Shown: positions 1 to 13,249 of the stretch, piece after piece
Layout of the letters: every line of letters starts with the position of its first letter
How positions within the stretch are numbered: position 1 is the first letter of the stretch
DNA from: Haliotis rufescens
Lineage: Eukaryota
DNA length: 64,000 nt
Reading direction: 5' to 3'
NCBI RefSeq assembly: GCF_023055435.1
Contig: NW_025964001.1
Coordinates: forward strand, 31,124,001-31,188,000
The notes under the pieces: model-generated
What the model saw: the letters and a program-made list of their open reading frames with translations, nothing else
The model's database searches: none
Told to the model about the DNA's origin: nothing
Position numbers and translations under genes: made by a program

Positions 1-410
1 ACACGAGTTATTTTCATTTTGGATAGGATTACTTAGACAACCAGAATCATGAAACACTGCTACAACATGTACACGACTGGACAGTTAGCTCCAGACTTGT
101 TATTCAGATACGGATATTTCTACGCTTTGATTTCTTAAGATGTTGGAAAGCGAGAAGTATGTTTGTCTCTTGTTTAACAACGTTGCAAAGACATTTACTA
201 TCAGGGGGCGGTCGGGTAGCCTAGTGGTTAAAGCGTTCGCTCGTCACGCCGAAGACCCGGGTTCGATTCCCGACATGGGTACAATGTGTGAAGCCTATTT
301 CTGGTGTCCCCCGCCATGATATTGCTGGAATATTGCTAAAAGCGGCGTAAAACCATACACACTCACTCACTCATTTACTATCAAGAATGGACATCTGACA
401 TGGCAATGGC
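1..410 (+). mobile_element. LINE fragment (post-RT region) interrupted by a SINE
   Basis: Similar to the reverse complement of the LINE piece at ~28190-28400 (ILLRQPES*NTATTC.., LFKQR.KDIYY); split by the SINE at 204-371. Confidence 0.65.
204..371 (+). mobile_element. tRNA-derived SINE, family 1 (tRNA-Asp-like head, (ACTC)n tail)
   Basis: A box TAGCCTAGTGG, GTC anticodon-like loop, B box GGTTCGATTCC, tail of CACT repeats; TSD CATTTACTATCA at 192-203 and 372-383. Confidence 0.9.
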
Positions 411-590
411 ATCTCCTTGGGGATGAAGTGAGTTGAAGTGGGTTTTAACATCGCATACAAGATAATTGTACTTATAAAGCGACGTGTGTCTGCGTGTGTG
501 CGTGCGTGCGTGCGTGAGTGGGTATGTGTGTGGCTGCTTGCTGGTCCGGACTAACTCCGATTTTACAGTGCTAGCCCACAGTTTAGTTAT

Positions 591-718
591 NNNNNNNNNN
601 NNNNNNNNNNNNNNNNNNNNNNNNNNNNNNNNNNNNNNNNNNNNNNNNNNNNNNNNNNNNNNNNNNNNNNNNNNNNNNNNNNNNNNNNNNNNNNNNNNNN
701 NNNNNNNNNNNNNNNNNN
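591..718. other. Assembly gap (N run)
   Basis: Run of N bases. Confidence 0.99.
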
Positions 719-769
719 TACCATGTGATATTTGATAAGATAGGTTGCATGATAGGTTCCAATATATTC

Positions 770-2260
770 ATTTGTTAGACATCTTGTCAATGGCTGCATG
801 TATGTATGGATAAAACTAAAAAAAACGTCAGTGCACAAGATCAAACAAATGCAAGACACCCGTTCTGATCCAGCCAGCTGTCATCCAAAGTCAGGCTACC
901 ATACAAAGGATGGTAGTTGTTCCAACTGACGAGGCCTCAACTAATATAACAATTACATGTAAAAACCACTGCATTTATTATTTCAGGGACACAATGGCTC
1001 TTTGTCACGTGCTAGGTTTCATTATATTCATTCAGACATCCTTCCAGCGGTGCATGAATGCATGAATAAAGCACATAAACACCTCTGGACTAACCAGAGG
1101 TATGAATGTTTCAAGGTTCATTGACGGAATGCACAAGCAGAAAGGCAACAAACCCATTCTTAGCCAGCTGTCATCCAAAGTCAGGCTACCATACAAAAGT
1201 TCGTAGTTGTTCCAACTGACAAGGCCTATACAATTATGTGCAAGCACCACTACATTAATTCTTTGATAAGTGATATATGAAAAAGGTGTGACATATGAGG
1301 CCAGTATGTTACCTGGTGAAGCAACCTGTCAAAACAACGCATCAGCACTATCAACTTTTGGCTTGACTCTAAAACGTAAATCAAAACACGGTCATTTGGC
1401 CAAGATATTTAGCCTAAGTTTCGTGTCTATTGATTATCTGATATTGTTCAATAATGGTCAAATAAACAATTCCACTGAGTTACCCACCTGAGCTGGAAAT
1501 AAATGAAACCAGTGAGACCGCCCCATCTGTTTCCTTTTTAGATCTATGCATAACGATTCAGAGTGACAAAACATTATCAACAAGTTTGTATGACAAGAGG
1601 GATGACTTCAACATTCCAATAGTCAACTTTCCCTTTATGTCGAGCAATGTGGTATAATAATTTCTCAACTTTTGAGGTATGGTCGAGCATGCTCTTTCAA
1701 AGAACATCATACGACCCTAAAGAAATTTATTTACTTTTGTAGAGAAAGATTTGCTTCATAATTTTCAATAGATGTGAGTTTGCATAAACATATTTACTCG
1801 CATGGATCACATGGATTGAGGTATGGTCGAGTATGCTCTTTTAAAGAACACCATACGACCATAAAAATTGTTTGTTGGAGTTACAACAGCGAAACTTGTT
1901 GCATAAGGGTCTAAAGTAATGTTCGATACAATTTCCAATTTTGACTTTACCATATGTTCCCGTGAATCTTTAGGTGAACAATTGACTTGCCTTTGCATGT
2001 GTTTGTGACGGATGCCGCCGGTGGGGCAAGATGCGCTCACCTTTTCGCGAACACCCGGTGTCATCACTATTTGGGAGTGATTCATAAACACATGCTCATG
2101 ATATAGTCGGAATCATACAATCGACTCTGCTTTTGTAGATACTTCTTATGATAATGGAAAGGATTTTGTCGATTTTTAAAATGTCCTTCAGTAGAGAAAG
2201 ATTTGCCCCATAATTGTCAATAGACGTGTAAGTATATTTACTCGCATGGATCACACTTAG
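770..2260 (+). mobile_element. Degraded Penelope-like retroelement (Naiad-type RT) with internal duplications
   Basis: Relic peptides VVVPTDKA..IMCKHHY (~1203-1255, repeated at ~913-970) and LYDKRDDFNIPIVNFPFMSSN (~1586-1648); direct repeats 1740-1810 / 2192-2255; conserved non-coding motif at ~2008-2070. Confidence 0.7.
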
Positions 2261-2473
2261 ATTTTGATGATCCAAGTGATCAGCAGAATCTATACCCAAA
2301 TATTAAGACAACACGTCTTATGAGTGTCAAGTGCAGGTCAAGTCTGAACTAAACTCAAGCCACCAGGTCCGTTGCCTGGTCGGTCATACACCTTCAGCTT
2401 CGTCAGCTGAGTGATCACGGTCCATCCCTTGTTCACAACCATGTTGTGATCTCCAGTTGTGATTGCTTGGCCA

Positions 2474-3200
2474 ATGTCACCCTTAAATTAATTACCAAAG
2501 TGTTAAATCATTGATCAGGATATAATCTCCAGAACTATTGACCAGTCTGTAATACCCAGATGTAATATGACCGATGTCACCCTTAAAGCATTAAATTAAT
2601 TACCAAAGTGTTAAATCATTGATCAGGATATAGTCTCCAGAACTACTGACCAGTCTGTAATACCCAGATGTTATATGACCGATGTCACCCTTAAAGCCTT
2701 ACATTAATTACCAAAGTGTTTAATCATTGATCAGGATATAATCTCCAGAACTACTGACCAGTCTGTAATACCCAGATGTTATATGACCGATGTCACCCTT
2801 AAAGCCTTACATTAATTACCAAAGTGTTTAATCATTGATCAGGATATAATCTCCAGAACTACTGACCAGTCTGTAATACCCAGATGTTATATGACCGTTG
2901 TCACCCTTAAAGCCTTGAATTAATTACCAAAGTGTTAAATCATTGATCAGGATATAATCTCCAGAACTACTGACCAGTCTGTAATACCCAGATGTTATAT
3001 GACCGTTGTCACCCTTAAAGCCTTGAATTAATTACCAAAGTGTTAAATCATTGATCAGGATATAGTCTCCAGAACTACTGACCAGTCTGTAATACCCAGA
3101 TGTTATATGACCGATGTCACCCTTAAAGCATTAAATTAATTACCAAAGTGTTAAATCATTGATTAGGATATAATCTCCAGAAGTACTGACCATGTCACCC
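2474..3200. repeat. 108-bp tandem repeat, about 6.5 units
   Basis: TGTCACCCTTAAAG...ATATGACCGA recurs with a 108-bp period. Confidence 0.95.
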
Positions 3201-6200
3201 TTGGTTCAAGATTTAATGCTGACTCCCTGACCAGTACGTAGAATGTAGACATAAACTTTGGGACATGCCACTGGCTTTCAATGTCTTGTAGCGACGTGTT
3301 GTGGTCATGCAGCTGTGCCGCTGTCCCATCTGCGGGCAGGATATAGGAGGACATATGCATCCATTAACCAGTGTATAATTAGTGGGGGAGGAATCTGCAT
3401 AATTAGTTGGGGAGCATTGTTGAAATACCAGTCATGAATCATCCGATAATATAAACAACATGTGACCATGGTCTGATGTGTTTTCAACATATCAAATAAG
3501 TTTCAGGGCACGTGGGGGCTCGATCACCTTAAAAGGACCTTCCCATGGTTAAACATGGTTAAATGGTCGTCCCCAGTTGCTCATTGTGTGGCGAACTTAT
3601 CCTGTTCAGTTCTCAACAAGTTTATGTGAGTATCAAACCTTGTGTTCTTGGGACGCTTGTGACGGTTTGCGACAGTGCATTACTGAGAGAGAGATTCTTT
3701 ATTTCCTCCAGATGTCATTCCTAGGATTGCAAAAATATATATTTAATTGTGCTTGGTTTAAACAATAAATAAATACGCTTTACATATTTTCTATTCCGGT
3801 CAGCTTATCAATTCATATTCAAATACGGAGACAGATATCCACTGAAAGATATATTTCAGATGATGCTTCAGCTTGTACAGATATAGGCTAATTGTAGTAT
3901 AATAGTTTCCGACATATGTTGGTTCAGAGTGTGGGCAAATTCTCTTACAGGCCGAATAAAAATGACAACATATCTTGATTCGAAATGCATTCTTTCGAAA
4001 GTTTATTGTGTGATAAACAACATAAGGTTATAAAGCAGATCGATATTCCGGGGACAGTAAAGCAACAGGCAAAGTACAAGGTATATTAATTTCGTATGAG
4101 GTCTCTTATCACGGTGCCTGCTTGTGTTATTTGATACATTAGTGAACTATACTCGTACTTGCAAATAGTTTCATGAACAAGATTTCTCCATTTCAATTTC
4201 GGAGGAAAATATTAAAAGGCAGTTACATAGTTTTTTTTAAGTTATCAAGTGTTGATTGAAGTTATCCACAGATTGTCTTTGATTTGACAGGATAGACGCG
4301 CAATTCTTTTTTTAAATTTTTTTATTATTTTTTGGGGGGTGGGTGGGGTGGGTGGGGGGTGTTACAGCAAAATTATTACAGTTCATGTTGCATATAAGCG
4401 ACCAAGAAATACACAAGTTTGCATTTATTTATATATGCAGTAACTATCCAAGAGTCGCAATAATGGTTTCTGAAGGAGATCTGTTTATCAAGACCCGGTA
4501 CTATGCGTGCAAAATATCTTTGTGTGTATTTCAGCAGATCGGCATGTTGACCCTTGATGTCGAAGAGACAGTCACACTTATAGAGCCTGGTTTTCAGCAT
4601 CAGTTTGAGCCATATTGTCACTCCTGATGTTGGATCATTGCTATTTTAATAAAAAAAAGTCTTGAGGAGTTGATATTTGGACTTGGTTTGACATTACTTT
4701 TCAATTATTGTTGTACAGGAAAGATTATACGTCAGGAGTATCCCAGCATATATATATAGTAGAGTCAGTGGTCGTAAGGTATGTATCACCAGGTTTACAA
4801 TTAAAGTTATGCCCCTCGACTTTTGCTTTGGTGAACAAAATTATTGCTTTGTTTGATGGATTATGTTAGGCAACCCCTTGAGGGATACGTATGTACAATA
4901 TCAAGGGATATTTGTAAGCCTCTCAGTGACGGGCTAACACATGTAAAACTGTAGGGATATCCATACCATATGCACGAATGCCACACTGTGTTTGTCTAAG
5001 GGCTGTAATACGATCATTGATAAAATAAATTCTTCTTGTATTCATTTTTTTGGCATTAAGAACTCTGTTTTGTATTGAAATAGTGTTTACTTTATTGACC
5101 TCGTGATAGCTTTGCTCCATACCACGTCAGATAAGGAAATTGAAACTATATAATTTTTTGATAAAGGAAGAAATGAGACGTTGTCCTGCATAAATTATAT
5201 GAAATCATATGTTCATATGCAATCTTATCCGGACCTGGGGTTTTTTTCCTGCTGAGGTATTGACGGCCTCTGTTATCCCTGGAGATGTAAATTCTTGTTC
5301 CACTTCCCCATCAGGCCTCTGTTGTAGCTGTATAAATATCTTTACCTTACCAGTTATGTCCTCTTTGAATACTTCATCAAACATTTCAGAATCGTAGGCT
5401 TTGGCTAAATCTGATAAATTGTTACCCCATAATGTGCAAATATCTAATGCTGTAAAACCACTTTCATCCTTGTACTTAAATATATGTATGTCGGCTACCC
5501 TCGTTGTTCGCCTACAGTTTAATAAACAGAATTAATGCAAATTCAGCTGACCTTTCAATTTTCGTTTGGGTATTTGTTTTGTTAGACTTATTTCATTTTC
5601 GATAGAGACGATTGAAGTGTCTCTTTTAAGTTAAGAGATGCGCAAATCTGAGTTTTCGTCTTATCGTTTTTTAGCCATGCTCTTCGAGGCACACTCACGC
5701 GGTAGTGTGGATCATTAAGTCCGTCTATGTCACCATGTTGTCTATTCACTGAGATACTGTCTCAGACGCATTTTTAATCGCTTGCTGAGCTCAGTGACAT
5801 TCGTGATTGAGAGATTCCCTTTAGGGACACACTATAGGGACTTCTGTGTGCACGTGCATCTTCTGATGTTCTTGAATGATGTGAAATTTCATTGTGATTA
5901 GATGTGGCGTTCAGATTCAACTCCACGGTATTGTAAATGTAGACCTCAACCATAGCATTAGTTGCCTTGGTGAGGTGTCTTTGCCATAGTTTAAACTTGG
6001 GAAAAAACATACCAAGGAGTTTATTTTATGGTCTTTAGATAGAGTGTTCAAACTTTCTTCTCTTGAAGAAGGTGAGGTGAGTTGAAATGGGGTTTAACGT
6101 AGCGTTCAAGATTTTTGCCCTTATATAGCGACTTGCCTGCACGTGTGTGTGGCTGCTTGTACTTGTCCGGACTAATTGCGGATTTTATAGTGCTACCCCA

Positions 6201-6890
6201 CAAAACCGCAGTTTAATAATGATAATAAGAATAATAATATTAATAATAGAATACAATAATTTTGTGCACTTTTGCACATATTTATTTGTCTGATGATCCT
6301 CTTGGGTGTCAAAACTCATAATGAAAACAAGGCATTCCACAGTTTATTTAAACGAGCCAAAGGTGTGGGACATTATCGCAATGTCAGTGTTGATTTCGTT
6401 GATGGTTCTGTACTGTTAGACGGTACAGAAATGAGTGTCAACCAAACCAAGTGCCATAATCAAATCGGCCCAGACTCAGTTTTTCAAGGAGAGGCTATCT
6501 GAACGACCACTGCATCGAGTTTATGTGAAGTGTGATCATTTCGGATAGAGACGATTGAAGTGTCTCTTTGAAGTTAAGAGTTCTGAGTTTTCGTCTCTGG
6601 GTTTATGGTCTTTTAGCCATGCCTTTTGAGGCACACCCACCACTAGACCACGGAGGGGGTCTCCATTGATGGAGGATAGTGTTGTCTGGCAGTATAGACA
6701 GTATGTTGTAAGTTTATCTCTCATGATTGTCAGTGGCAGCAAATAACCGGCTAACCTTTCATTTAAATTTGGAAATCATCCTGTAACATCAGCTATAAAG
6801 ATATGTGAGGTATATAATGTACGATGGATACACACGATGTGTGACATTTAGATATCGCTTTTACTTGTCTACCATCCTCTTATTTCATTT

Positions 6891-7171
6891 GGGGGCACGG
6901 GTGGCCCAGTCGTCTAATGCGCCGCGATTCGCTGTGCAGGGTTGCGTCCCTTGGGAACGCCAGAAACCTATGATTGTGGGTTTGAATCCCGGTTCGCCCC
7001 GATTATGTTTCTAGGTTTGTCAGCGCCATACCCGTGCTCGTGGGTTTCACCGAAGTGGTAAACGTCTGAGACCTGCATCACTTCGGGCTTTCCTCCCCAA
7101 TAGCTGACACGCCGTGATATAACTGGAATACTGTTAAAAGCGGCGTTAAACCCAACTCACTCACTCTCACA
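6891..7171 (+). mobile_element. tRNA-derived SINE, family 3 (extended A-box to B-box spacing)
   Basis: GTGGCCCAGTCG A-like box, GGTTTGAATCC B-like box, (ACTC)n tail, TSD TCTTATTTCATTT; second copy at 61923-62198. Confidence 0.85.
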
Positions 7172-8199
7172 CTCTTATTTCATTTTGCCAGTATCAAACG
7201 ATGGCAGTGGATCCCATGTTTGTCCAGGATTACAATGCAGCGTTTGAGCCCGAGACATACTTGAACACCTTCTACAATGACACCTCTCCCAGGATGGCTT
7301 TCGGCCTGACCCAGTTCCACGAGGCTTTTGCTTCAGGTGGGTAACCTGTTACTATAGCCTTAAAAAAGAGTGTTTTCTTCTGTGTTAAGATTGACATGAT
7401 AAAGTAAAGCGTATCCCTACGTCGGCGTCACCATCCCCATAAACTACACATTGAAGCAGATTATTTGCCGGATAGCACGAAGTAACCAGCATTGTACCGT
7501 TCAACACTGGGCGTATTCATTATATTGGTAATTGTTTCGTTATACAGCCGACTCTAGTTAGATGGCAAATCCAGGGCTAAATTATCTACGTATCTATCTG
7601 CTTTGCTTTTTATCCAACAAGGGTTGTTTCATGTTATACATTTCACTTGCAACACTTCTGTGGACACTTCAATTGACATCCGTGTTGTATAATTGTTCAG
7701 CCACTGTTGTGAGTTATCTACACTGTAACTGACGATGAGCAAAGTCGATGTCATTATCAATTTCTATACATGGCCTCTGTCGAACGTGACAAAAGTTTCA
7801 CATATATTTCTACAGGAAACATCAAGGGGAGACAACTGCTTGACTTTGGTACGGGACCCACTATACACTCAATCATCAGCGCGTCTCAACACTGTGAAAG
7901 CATCTTACTGGCGGAGTTCTCACCCCAAAACAGAGACACCCTGAAACAATGGCACAGTGGAGAGCTGAAACATACTAGCCATGCCATATTTCTTGACTAT
8001 GTCCTCAAACTGGAAGGAAAAGGGTACGATTCTTATATTATTACTTTAATGAAGCTACAACAATGCGCACCTGCATGTCAGATGGCTAAAGTCGAAGTCA
8101 CAGCTATTTATTGCATGTAAAAAGAGTTATAAATAAGTAGTTGTACATATTTGGATATATACTCATGTTTAACAATTTGTTTCTGAGGGAAATGACAAT

Positions 8200-9260
8200 G
8201 TTTAACATATGTAGCCAGTTATATGACAGCATCATTTCCTGAAGAAAGCAGGTACAGAATAATATGACAGATAGCGTTCTGGTATATGTTTCTTAGATCA
8301 CAATAATAAGGAGATACAAAAGTAAAATGAATTTCATTTTCTATAGCTGAATAGCATAACGGTATAACCTCTTCGAATTTTCATAGGACATTTTCCTCCT
8401 TCATTTATCATGAGATCTGACAATCCGAGCCTAAATAGAATGAATGGACGTCGAAGGGTTCTTGATGTTAATGTTGATAAGTATTTTTCTGGTTGAATAA
8501 GACTCTTAAACGTTCTGTACAAGTCATACCATGAACTGTTTTCTAGAGTGGAATGCCATTCCTGATAAAACATATTTATAGATTATTCACGAAATTGTTT
8601 CAATAGAGTTTAACATCAGCAACTGTTTGGTTTAACCATACAAAGCCGTAGCCATGAGAAAACAAAGGTTTCTAATATGTGATGCCCATGTTACTTTGCC
8701 CATGTCATCTTAACGTACAAGCATATTATAAGCAAGTTTGGGGATTCGGCGTTCATACATTTCAAGAATATTAAAGCAGTATTTCAATCATCTAATTTTG
8801 GAATTGATAACGGGTATCTGCCACAATCGCCATAGACCATTCAATTGGGTGTTGATTGACTAACGGATAAGAATTGTTTACAGGCTAAAAGATGTAGCTC
8901 TTCGAGATGATCGTATCGCTATAATCCCCATACTTCTGATCCATATACCAGGATTGGTTCGATTTAGGCATCAAATAATGCTCCTTCTTATTGCGAGACA
9001 GACATTACATTGATTTAGGCCTTCTTTGCACGTGATGTTAAGTCCGAGTCACTTTTCTTGAAGTTCGTTGTGTGGGTAGACATTACACCAAGATATGTAT
9101 AATGGCTCAGCACATTAACACATTTACCATCGAAAAAACATCTATCATTCAGTGCCACCTGACCACCTCTTCTGAAAATGACACTATTTGTTTTTATCAT
9201 AGTTAACTGACAATTTCCACGCTTTGATGTAACATTCTAACATGCTAAGTTGTTTTTTTG
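8200..9260 (-). mobile_element. Degraded LINE (RT C-terminus and downstream region) in intron 2 of methyltransferase copy 1
   Basis: Peptides KTNSVIFRRGG..YTYLGV and YRTFKSLIQPEKYL..LFRLG; many stops. Confidence 0.75.
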
Positions 9261-9279
9261 CGGACGTCAACGTAAGGGA

Positions 9280-9680
9280 AGAGTATGTAATGATATGTGT
9301 TGGGCTCATTGTGATTGCCTGATCCATGGAAAGGCCACTGGACAACACTGCCCAGACAACATACTGGTGCCAATAATTGTGTCGTTTGCGTGCCATGCTG
9401 GTGCTAGCTTTTTCCTTCGAAATAATTACTTTGAGCAGCATAACAATCACCAGAATGCATTCGACAGCCACGAGTTGTGACCTTTCCCTCACCTTCCGTC
9501 TGGAATATGATCAGGATACGTGTACGCCAACGTCAAAGGTCGCCATCTACGTTAGCCAAACTGGGCCAGGTGCTGCCAGAACAGAGGACAAGACTCCCTC
9601 AACTGCCCATGGGAGATTGATTCAGACAATGTTCTGCCATATAAACGAATTTTCAACCAATCTTGGGGCATGAATTGATC
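9280..9680 (+). mobile_element. Tc1 transposase C-terminal relic
   Basis: Frameshifted peptides DNILVPIIV..FEQHN and VWNMI..RVRQRQRSPSTLAKLGQVL resemble the C-terminus of the Tc1 at 58716. Confidence 0.55.
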
Positions 9681-10928
9681 AAATCATCTCAAATTATCAA
9701 TCTTTGAAGGCACGCTCGTGTCACCTTTTTGGCTGTTTGCACCCTTATAATACAATGGTACACCTAGTCCTCATTTTTTTTCTTATCCATCCATTACCAC
9801 CACTCTTTACCTCTTTTTATTTCCGTAATCATCTGTAATGTTCGAAAACGTATCTTTTTTAGAGAATATATTTCTCTTTTTCCTTTGACTATCTGGACAT
9901 TCAAATAACACTTTAAATCTAGTGTTAATGCACTTTGACATCTACTCTGAAACTAGAAGGCATGTGAAGGCAAACATTTGCGTTGGTGACTAGTTTGCTC
10001 ACTAAATTCTGTTCTTAATTGTTCTAAGACCGTTAGGTTCTGTTGTTGCAACTACTTTGTTAATGATATCAACTTAATTTACATGACACGAGGATGTATG
10101 TTGTGATAAAGGCCGTACATAGTCATGTCAACCTTTGTACTATTATCCAACAAATGTTGCAAAACTCTGTGAGTCGTGTGGTTTCATTGTTCTAATGTTT
10201 ATAATCTACAACACAATACCTTGTCATTCGTTTCAAGAAACTGTTAATTCGAAAGCATTAAGTAAAATTGTGATATCTGTATATTAACTTCAGGGATTCT
10301 GTGTCTAACAGAGAAGCCAGCATGAGAGAGAAAGTGTCTGGCATCATACCGTGTGACATCCGAAATGAGAACCCCTTTGCTCCATGCTTCATCCCCGCTG
10401 CTGACATCATCACATCCTCCCTGTGCATGGAAGCAGTGGCCCTGAGTATTCCCGAATATGAATCTTATGCAGCGCAACTTGCTTCAGTCCTGAGACCTGG
10501 AGGACACCTAGTTCTTTTCGGCTGTGTTGGGGGATCTTTCTATACAGTTGGTACCAGTCGCTTCTCCAGCTTTGGTATGACCAGTTCAGAGACACAGACT
10601 GCGTAGACAAAAGCTGGTTTGGAGATTGAAACCTGGAAGGAAGGTCATTGTCCAAATTCAGGAATTTCGGATATTGATGGATTCTTCACTTTGGTTGCAA
10701 GGAAGACGCAGGCGTGAAAACAGAAGTTATTAAATTACCAGGTCTACATAAAAAGGATAGATATGTATGGAGATGGCTATCTTATTCAGAATAAATATGA
10801 CATACTGTATCCTCATCATTAAAACAAATACAAAGTAACGCCTATGTCGGCATAATTTTGCTTCATTTGCTTGTGACCATTGTCAGTCTAGGTCTAAACT
10901 TTGTCATTAGTGCCTTACGTGAAACTGA

Positions 10929-11287
10929 GGTAAGGTGAGGTGAAATGGGGTTTAACGTCGCGTCCAAGATTATTGCACTTATATAGCGACGTGCATGCAC
11001 GTGTGTGTGTGTGTGTGTGGCTGCTTGTACTAGTCCGGACTGATGCCGATTTATAGTGCTAACCCACTGAGATACCATACCGCAGTTTAACATGAATACC
11101 CCACTCAGACACAGTATACTTACTCCGAGCCGACCAGTCCTTGTTTTAGCCCCTTTATGCCGAGCGCCAGACAGGGTAACAACAAGTACCATCTTTTAAC
11201 GTCTTTTGGTATGACGCGGCCGGGGATCGAACCCCGGACCTTCCGCTCTCCGGGCGGACGCTCTACCACTAGACCACGGAGGCGGCC
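10929..11287 (-). mobile_element. tRNA-derived SINE, family 2 (conserved central domain, (TCACC)n tail), full length
   Basis: A box TGGTCTAGTGG, B box GGTTCGATCC; TSD ACGTGAAACTGA at 10917-10928 and 11288-11299; further partial copies near 420-590, 6072-6215, 14345-14480, 37450-37560 and 62715-62890. Confidence 0.9.
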
Positions 11288-11629
11288 ACGTGAAACTGAA
11301 ACGCTGTAACTGTTTGCTTGATATACATAACAACATGTGGCTTAGATGACATGAAAAATAAGCTCGAATGAATACAAATATGGGACAGTCTGTTGGCTGA
11401 ACCTAGATCCATTTTAATATAAATGTTAAGATAAGTAATAGTAGCTTTACGCACTGTTATACGATTTCTTGTGACTTTTTAGTTACAACATTTCTTGGAA
11501 TCATTACATGGAAAGAAAAAGCAAGAAAACCATTCACATTATCGTAAGACATATCTTCTAAAAGTCCATTGTACAATTCCAACTATGTAATGAAGAAAAT
11601 CAAGATATTTATCTGACTTCTTGTTATTG

Positions 11630-11800
11630 TGCTTGTTGTTTAACGCCGCACTCAGCAATATCACAGCTGTATGACGGCGGTATGTAAATAATCGAGCATG
11701 GACCAGACAATCCAGTAATTGACATCATGAGTATCGATCCAAGCAATTGGAATACGATGACATGCATCAGCCAAGTCAGCGAGTCTGACCACCTGATCCC
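11630..11800 (-). mobile_element. Short non-autonomous retroelement, family 4 (partial)
   Basis: Matches the 3' part of the copies at 32335-32587 and 38620-38868. Confidence 0.75.
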
Positions 11801-13249
11801 TTAAGGTTGATATATAATTCCTGCATAATTTTGCAACATGACCTACAGTTGCGTCGGTTTTACTTGTTAAAATTCAAGTTTATAATTGCTAGTAAATTAC
11901 TGGATCACCTGCAACAACAATGCGGCCCTCGGATGATAGCTCAGGGTGAAGACGGAAGACAAAACTCAGGGGTGAAGTTTTAGATGAAAGCAGCCATGTT
12001 TATTGATGATGGGTGGAATAGGTCGAAAAGGTACACGTTGATAATAACGTGACAGACCGCACACCGGGACCGAGTGGCCAATGTTCCCGGGTGCGGAGAC
12101 CCGCTCTGTCACTTACACGAGTCGATGATCTGCTGTTTCCCTGACTGACCATGTCTGTCAGGTTTTGTAGATAGAGGTATGACATAACGTGGGGCAAGAT
12201 CATTGTAAGGGTAGTGACATTTGTTACATTTGACCACTTTCTAAATGGCATTGTGTGTTCATAGCCTTTGGCAATGGGAGCCGTGCCAATTTACACTCGG
12301 CTGAGGGGCACACAAAGTACGTGATCTAGACTACCAGTTGTCGGACTTTCATTTGTGGAAGACTCGGTGGCTGAGTGGGTTCACTGATATTGAGTGCTGG
12401 CGGTTAGGTGCTTCACTCTGGCAGTATGGGTTCGAATCGCGGACGGGACGCAACCCAAAAAGTACGAGAATCTGTACTTTACAAAGAAAGTGTTATCCCG
12501 AATATAACATTTGTTACATGTTGGTGGAACAATTCCAAAAAGCTAGTACATTTTGTATTTATTTTAAGAATCAAAGTTGAGCATTGCAACTGCAACATAT
12601 GGCCGAATCTTCATGAGAAACCCTCTATATTTTACTTGGTGATACTTCCAATTCCAAAGCCAGGAAAGGACTCTTCATGGTAGTGTCATTATCACTATTT
12701 TGTTAAATATTATGCTAATTATCATTCCCTTTGTTCAGTTACCTGTAAATGTTTGATGCATCTCAGTTTGATGATAATGGGTCACTTTGGGGCTGATTTG
12801 GCCATGTTCCATTTGTTCAGGAATCAGTACAAGCGTGTCTGAACATAATCCACACATGGTGTTGTAAGTGTATTTCTCTAAATCTCTCATACTAAGCCAG
12901 TTGGAAATACCCTCATAATATAGAATAGTATTTTTCAAATGTATTTAAGAATAAACATTTCTTGGCATATAAAAACTTCCATAATCATAAGTATTCTCTG
13001 CTAAAACCATTGTACGATTCCGACTACATAAGCATGTGCTTATGAATCCCTATCACAATACAGTTCAGTATTTATTAAGCTAGTTAATAATGACTTTCAA
13101 ACACATCCGTCTGCAATCTCATGCTATCTCAGGCAAGTTAATCACAGTATTTACATACCATATTGTGTTGCCATTCTCAAGGATTGTGCAAGGATTGTAC
13201 AAAGTTTTGTCATACGTTCCCCCACTGATGCCACTATTGCTAATCTAGG

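Larger units (their letters stand above)
7201..10717 (+). pseudogene. NNMT/INMT/PNMT-family methyltransferase, copy 1, with premature stop (exons 7201-7336, 7816-8023, 10294-10717)
   Basis: GT-AG introns in phases 1 and 2; SAM motif I LLDFGTGPT; CDIR, SSLCME and LRPGGHLV motifs; TAG at 10604-10606 where paralogs have TGG (W); frame stays open to TGA at 10715-10717. Confidence 0.85.

Noticed and set aside
204-280. Functional tRNA-Asp gene (also at 60922 and 63482)
   Set aside because: The acceptor stem does not close, and the sequence continues into a SINE body and tail flanked by TSDs.
2474-3200. 108-bp repeat as a 36-aa coding repeat
   Set aside because: The ORF track shows no ORF spanning the array; the units contain stop codons.
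4340-6700. Host gene upstream of methyltransferase copy 1
   Set aside because: Only short, stop-ridden ORFs with faint LINE-like character and a small duplication (5600-5700 / 6540-6640); no supportable call.
10604-10606. Programmed readthrough or recoding in methyltransferase copy 1
   Set aside because: The codon is TAG, not TGA, and all paralogs have TGG; a single transition is the simpler explanation.
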